Virus record (IMG/VR): IMGVR_UViG_3300046474_000274
Location: 36,425-100,424 of that record
Length of the DNA: 64,000 nt
Strand: one strand, 5' to 3'
Origin: a virus
Lineage: Duplodnaviria > Heunggongvirae > Uroviricota > Caudoviricetes
Shown here: positions 60,727 to 64,000 of the stretch, piece by piece
How positions within the stretch are numbered: position 1 is the first letter of the stretch
Layout of the letters: each line of letters begins with the position of its first letter
Notes under the pieces: model-generated
The model's database searches: none
Told to the model about the DNA's origin: nothing
Seen by the model: the letters and a program-made list of their open reading frames with translations, nothing else
Translations under genes and position numbers: made by a program

Positions 60727-61289
60727 CAGTGAACACGCCCGATGACGGTGACCAGCTTCTCCATGAGATCCAGGCGCGCGGCCTTCGAATCCATGCCGCG
60801 GGCGAGACCATCATTGTGAATGATGTGATCGGCGTATTCGGGATTATAGCGGTCGAACTCGTAAGGGCTCTCGCCTGCCAGCGGGTTCTTGATCTCGAGG
60901 ACGAGAGCGCCCTTTTCCTTCCAGTAGCGACCCTGCTCACGCCGGACGGAGCCGAACACGGAGTAGGCGCCCTTCGGCCGGGCGTTGTGGCTCATGATCG
61001 GGATGATGTCGCCGCCGAACTTCTCTTCGAAGGCATTGCCGATTTCGCCGAGGATCTCGCGCACGACCCACTCGCGGCCGTTGAGCGTGACCTTTTCGAG
61101 CTTGCCTTCCTGGGTGAAGACCTGCTCGGGCGTGAGGCCGAAATAGTCGATGGCGATCATGCGCAAGGGCCGGCCGTCATCGGCGACATCGTGACCGTAG
61201 ATTTCGTTGATGATCTCGGAAGCCGTGGTCTTGCCGGACGTGGGATTGCCGCAAAGGGCGATGATCTTCGGGATGCTCGGGGTGGTCAT
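60726..61289 (-). CDS. deoxynucleoside monophosphate kinase-like P-loop protein
   Basis: ORF track; P-loop CGNPTSGKTT; AGGAGA RBS; minus-orientation promoter cassette upstream. Confidence 0.7.
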   Translation of the reverse strand: MTTPSIPKIIALCGNPTSGKTTASEIINEIYGHDVADDGRPLRMIAIDYFGLTPEQVFTQEGKLEKVTLNGREWVVREILGEIGNAFEEKFGGDIIPIMSHNARPKGAYSVFGSVRREQGRYWKEKGALVLEIKNPLAGESPYEFDRYNPEYADHIIHNDGLARGMDSKAARLDLMEKLVTVIGRVH

Positions 61290-61308
61290 AAGCGCTTGTC
61301 TCCTGCGA

Positions 61309-61340
61309 CTAAGTAAGTGCTTACTTACTTATAGCGAGAC
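61309..61340 (-). promoter_or_regulatory. promoter cassette in minus orientation (reads CTCGCTATAAGTAAGTAAGCACTTACTTAG on the minus strand) upstream of the minus-strand dNMP kinase operon
   Basis: Its orientation follows gene orientation. Confidence 0.65.
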
Positions 61341-61382
61341 AGCGGGAGCGCTGCATATTTAGCTAGGCAGCTAGATAGCTAT

Positions 61383-61571
61383 TCAGCCAGAAATGACAGG
61401 TTCGGCTTCGTCCTCGCCGGCGAGCACAGCCAGGCGCATTGCGAGCGAGCGGCAGCGCCGCTCAAGCTCGTCGTTTTCGTCCCGCAGCCGCTGCAGCTCG
61501 GCGTGCAGGTGATCAGCAGATAAAATCGAGTGGCCGCGCTCGTTGAAGAAATGGATCGGATTGATCAGCAT
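61383..61571 (-). CDS. possible small protein
   Basis: ORF track; start overlaps the helicase stop. Confidence 0.35.
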   Translation of the reverse strand: MLINPIHFFNERGHSILSADHLHAELQRLRDENDELERRCRSLAMRLAVLAGEDEAEPVISG

Positions 61572-63145
61572 CAGGCGGCTGCCTTCCTCTCGAAGACTTC
61601 CCAGGGGAAGTTCTGGTTAGCGGCCAAGATCCCCTCAACGAAGCCCGGCGTCTGGCGCACGATGTTCTCGCGCTTGCGAGCGTGGTCGCGCAGGGTGCCA
61701 TTGAGATTGATCGAATAGTCCGCGATGAACGTGATGTTCGGTCCCTTCTTCTTATAGCGCAGACCGCGCCCGATGCGCTGACGAAGTTCGACTTCCGCCT
61801 TCATCCCGCCACCCAACTGCACCAGGCCGATCGCCGGGCAGTCGACGCCGACATCGAGGATCTTGGTGCCGATGATGAAATCGATGACGCCGGCAGCCAG
61901 GTCCGCGAGCTTTGCCTTGCGCACCTTCTGATCGTCGTCGCCGCGCAGGAAGACGCCCTTGAGCCCATGACGCTTGTAGAGCGCCAGGAGATTGTCGCCG
62001 GCCTCGGTGCGGGCAACCAGCGTCAGCACCGGCAGGCCATAGAGCTGTGCCATGCGCGCGTCCCGCAGCATCGCGGCATGCATAGGGGAGGTGTCCTTGA
62101 CGTAGCCCAGCGTATAGGCGCGCTCGAAGGGCGAGGACTTGTGCAGGCCCTTCGGCGCCTCGCAGTCGATGAACTTGAAATAGGGCTTGGCGAGAATGCC
62201 GCGCTCGATCAGCAACGACTCCGGAATGTCGATCAGGATCGGGCCGAAGGCAGCCATCAAACGCATGTTGTCGGCTGCCGAGTCCTTCATGAAGGGCGTA
62301 GCCGTCAGCGCCACACGGATCGTCGCGTTCTTGCAGTGGCGCAGGATCTCGTAATAGGCCGTGCCACCCGCCTCATGGGCTTCCTCGCCGATGACGACCT
62401 CGACAAGCTCGAGGAACTTCTTGATCGCTTCCCGGCGCTTGGTCTTCCTGTCGAACTTCGCCTGGGCGAGCTTTAAAATGTCGTCGCGGGACATGTTCGC
62501 GTCCTTGTTCTTCGACAGGTGCTGCGACTTCACGATCGCGCGGATCTCGGCGTTGATATCCGGCTCTTCGAGCGCCTGGATCAGCGTCTGGACCATGCCG
62601 AGGTTGACGCCCCGCACAAAGCGCAGCTCGCCATCACCGATCTGCCCGGTGTTGAGCCCGATCTCCTTGAGCTGGTCGTCCATCTGATAGAGCAGGATCC
62701 CGCGCGTGGTCAGGAACAGGGTCATGCGCCGGAAGCGGGCCGCGATCAGCTTGGCGATCTTCGACTTGCCACCGCCCGTCGCTACACGAATGATGCCGGC
62801 GCCATGCTTCTCGACCTGGCGCAGCGCCTTCATCTGGTAGTCGTAGCGCGGATCATCATTGCCGAACTCATCCACGATCGGGTTTTCGGGGCCGAGCGGC
62901 GTGGCGTGCGGCCGGGCGACCTCGTAGACGGTGTGGCCGATCTTCTCGAGCTCCGACTTGACGAGATAGGCAAAGCCAGCCGGGAAGCTGTTCCTGGTGA
63001 CGGAAAAGAAGCTCGACGTGCCGGAGAAGCCGAGACCGCCTTCAACCTGGTAGGAGAGCAGGTTGGTGACGAAAGCCTTGACCTCCTTGGGCGGGTCGCG
63101 GAGCTGGGCGACGACTGCATTGCGGGCGATCGTGACGACGGCCAT
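61571..63145 (-). CDS. SF2 DEAD/DEAH-box DNA helicase
   Basis: ORF track; Walker A ATGGGKS; DExH box IGEEAHEAGG; helicase C-terminal motifs. Confidence 0.85.
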   Translation of the reverse strand: MAVVTIARNAVVAQLRDPPKEVKAFVTNLLSYQVEGGLGFSGTSSFFSVTRNSFPAGFAYLVKSELEKIGHTVYEVARPHATPLGPENPIVDEFGNDDPRYDYQMKALRQVEKHGAGIIRVATGGGKSKIAKLIAARFRRMTLFLTTRGILLYQMDDQLKEIGLNTGQIGDGELRFVRGVNLGMVQTLIQALEEPDINAEIRAIVKSQHLSKNKDANMSRDDILKLAQAKFDRKTKRREAIKKFLELVEVVIGEEAHEAGGTAYYEILRHCKNATIRVALTATPFMKDSAADNMRLMAAFGPILIDIPESLLIERGILAKPYFKFIDCEAPKGLHKSSPFERAYTLGYVKDTSPMHAAMLRDARMAQLYGLPVLTLVARTEAGDNLLALYKRHGLKGVFLRGDDDQKVRKAKLADLAAGVIDFIIGTKILDVGVDCPAIGLVQLGGGMKAEVELRQRIGRGLRYKKKGPNITFIADYSINLNGTLRDHARKRENIVRQTPGFVEGILAANQNFPWEVFERKAAA

Positions 63146-63186
63146 TATTGTTCCTTCAAAACTTGCCTATTGCGTTCTCAACCAGA

Positions 63187-63214
63187 TATAGTAAGTAATC
63201 ACTTACTTATTCGG
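63187..63214 (+). promoter_or_regulatory. promoter cassette copy (ATATAGTAAGTAATCACTTACTTATTCGG) before the ParB-like gene
   Basis: Family member. Confidence 0.6.
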
Positions 63215-63224
63215 AACCATCCAT

Positions 63225-63965
63225 ATGCGCAAGATTGAATATCTGAACGTCGCTGTTTCCCAGTTGCGGAAGAACCCCTGGAATACCAATAAGGTCTCGC
63301 CTGAAAACGAGCTCAAGATCCGCGAAAGCCTCAACCGCAACGGCATGTTCAAGCCGATTGTCGTTCGCGAAGTCGAGGGTGTGCCTGGCTATGAGATCCT
63401 GGGCGGCGAGCATCGCTGGGAACAGGCGATCGAACTTGGCGAATCTGAGGTGCCTGTTGCCAACCTCGGCGTCATTGCCGAAAAGCAGGCCAAGGAAATC
63501 GGTCTCATCGACAACGCCCGGTATGGCGCCGATGACACGCTCGGTCTTTCTGATCTTCTCAAGGAGATTGGTGACGTTCCTGAACTTCAAAGCTTTCTTC
63601 CTTATGGGCAGGCCGATATTGACGCTATTTTCTCAGCGTCAGTTATAGCGCTCGACGACTTGGAGATTGACGAAAGCTTCGAAAAGTCGTCCGAAACGGA
63701 CGAGGCTGAAACGCCTCTGCCGAAGGTCGCCAAGACCCACGCCGTCATGCGCTACAAGGTGCCGCTCGCCGACGCCGAACGGCTGACCGCTCTCATCGCA
63801 AAGACCCAGAAGAGCCACGGCTACACGACCGAGGACGAGCTCACCAACGCCGGTGACGCCCTGGTCCATCTCCTCTCCGATCATCTGAAGCGCGCCAGCG
63901 GCCCCAAGGACGAAGACCTTGAAGCCGTGCTCGACGCTGCTCTCGCCAACCCGGAAGATCTCTGA
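63225..63965 (+). CDS. ParB-like nuclease-domain protein (ParB/Srx fold)
   Basis: ORF track; KPIVVRE and ILGGEHRWEQA ParB-box motifs; promoter cassette upstream. Confidence 0.8.
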   Translation: MRKIEYLNVAVSQLRKNPWNTNKVSPENELKIRESLNRNGMFKPIVVREVEGVPGYEILGGEHRWEQAIELGESEVPVANLGVIAEKQAKEIGLIDNARYGADDTLGLSDLLKEIGDVPELQSFLPYGQADIDAIFSASVIALDDLEIDESFEKSSETDEAETPLPKVAKTHAVMRYKVPLADAERLTALIAKTQKSHGYTTEDELTNAGDALVHLLSDHLKRASGPKDEDLEAVLDAALANPEDL

Positions 63966-64000
63966 TGTCTGAACACGCCATCGAAATTGTCGATATCACC
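63964..64000 (+). CDS. start of a further ORF that runs off the window
   Basis: ATG overlapping the ParB-like stop (TGATG). Confidence 0.3.

Noticed and set aside
61571-63145. Possible terminase large subunit (Walker A ATPase near the genome end)
   Set aside because: Motif order (ATGGGKS ... DExH IGEEAHEAGG ... helicase C-terminal motifs) is that of an SF2 helicase. No terminase nuclease domain.
1-64000. CRISPR arrays or rRNA genes
   Set aside because: No direct-repeat/spacer periodicity and no rRNA-like conserved stretches. The repeated elements are promoter-type motifs at variable spacing.

Overview
G+C-rich genome segment of a tailed phage, possibly a phage-plasmid, with alphaproteobacterial-like codon usage (very high GC3 in real frames). 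Almost all genes are on the + strand from 1 to 59.3 kb. A minus-strand block (59.3-63.1 kb) carries parA/parG, a dNMP kinase and an SF2 helicase, and is followed by a +strand ParB-like gene. Left half: replication and recombination genes (partial 5'-3' exonuclease, RecA-like, SbcD and SbcC split by three small ORFs, RuvC-like resolvase, DnaQ-like exonuclease, HNH endonuclease) and nucleotide metabolism genes (class I RNR NrdA/NrdB plus NrdH-like glutaredoxin, ThyX, dUTPase, P-loop kinase, HD phosphohydrolases). There is a tRNA/ncRNA island (tRNA-Cys plus an atypical tRNA-like gene flanking a 630-nt ORF-free structured region), followed by an Hsp90/GHKL-type ATPase (797 aa) and a 514-aa partner with a C-terminal HTH. 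An anti-defence-style island carries RtcB RNA ligase, NAMPT (NadV) plus a bifunctional NMNAT/Nudix (NadM-like) for NAD+ salvage, a second Nudix and an SPFH/band-7 protein with two micro-TM peptides. A run of about 25 small early ORFs includes a SpoT-type HD alarmone-hydrolase homologue. Right half: two beta-helix tail-fibre/depolymerase genes flank an AAA+ ATPase, then an ATP-dependent DNA ligase, a 1.2-kb ORF-free iteron/inverted-repeat region (origin or terminus candidate), tRNA-Met and a Trp-like tRNA, and an HslV-like Ntn hydrolase. Three families of short conserved intergenic elements organise the window: (1) about 20 copies of a terminator-like hairpin followed by GCGCTATAAG and a TAAGTAAG..CTTACTTA palindrome 10-25 nt before start codons; (2) a CATCACCTRCCGC...GCTAAAAC element; (3) arrays of the palindromic hexamer TAGCTA confined to the right half. 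No CRISPR array or rRNA was found. Coordinates I derived by hand may be off by 1-2 nt; ORF-track coordinates were used wherever possible.
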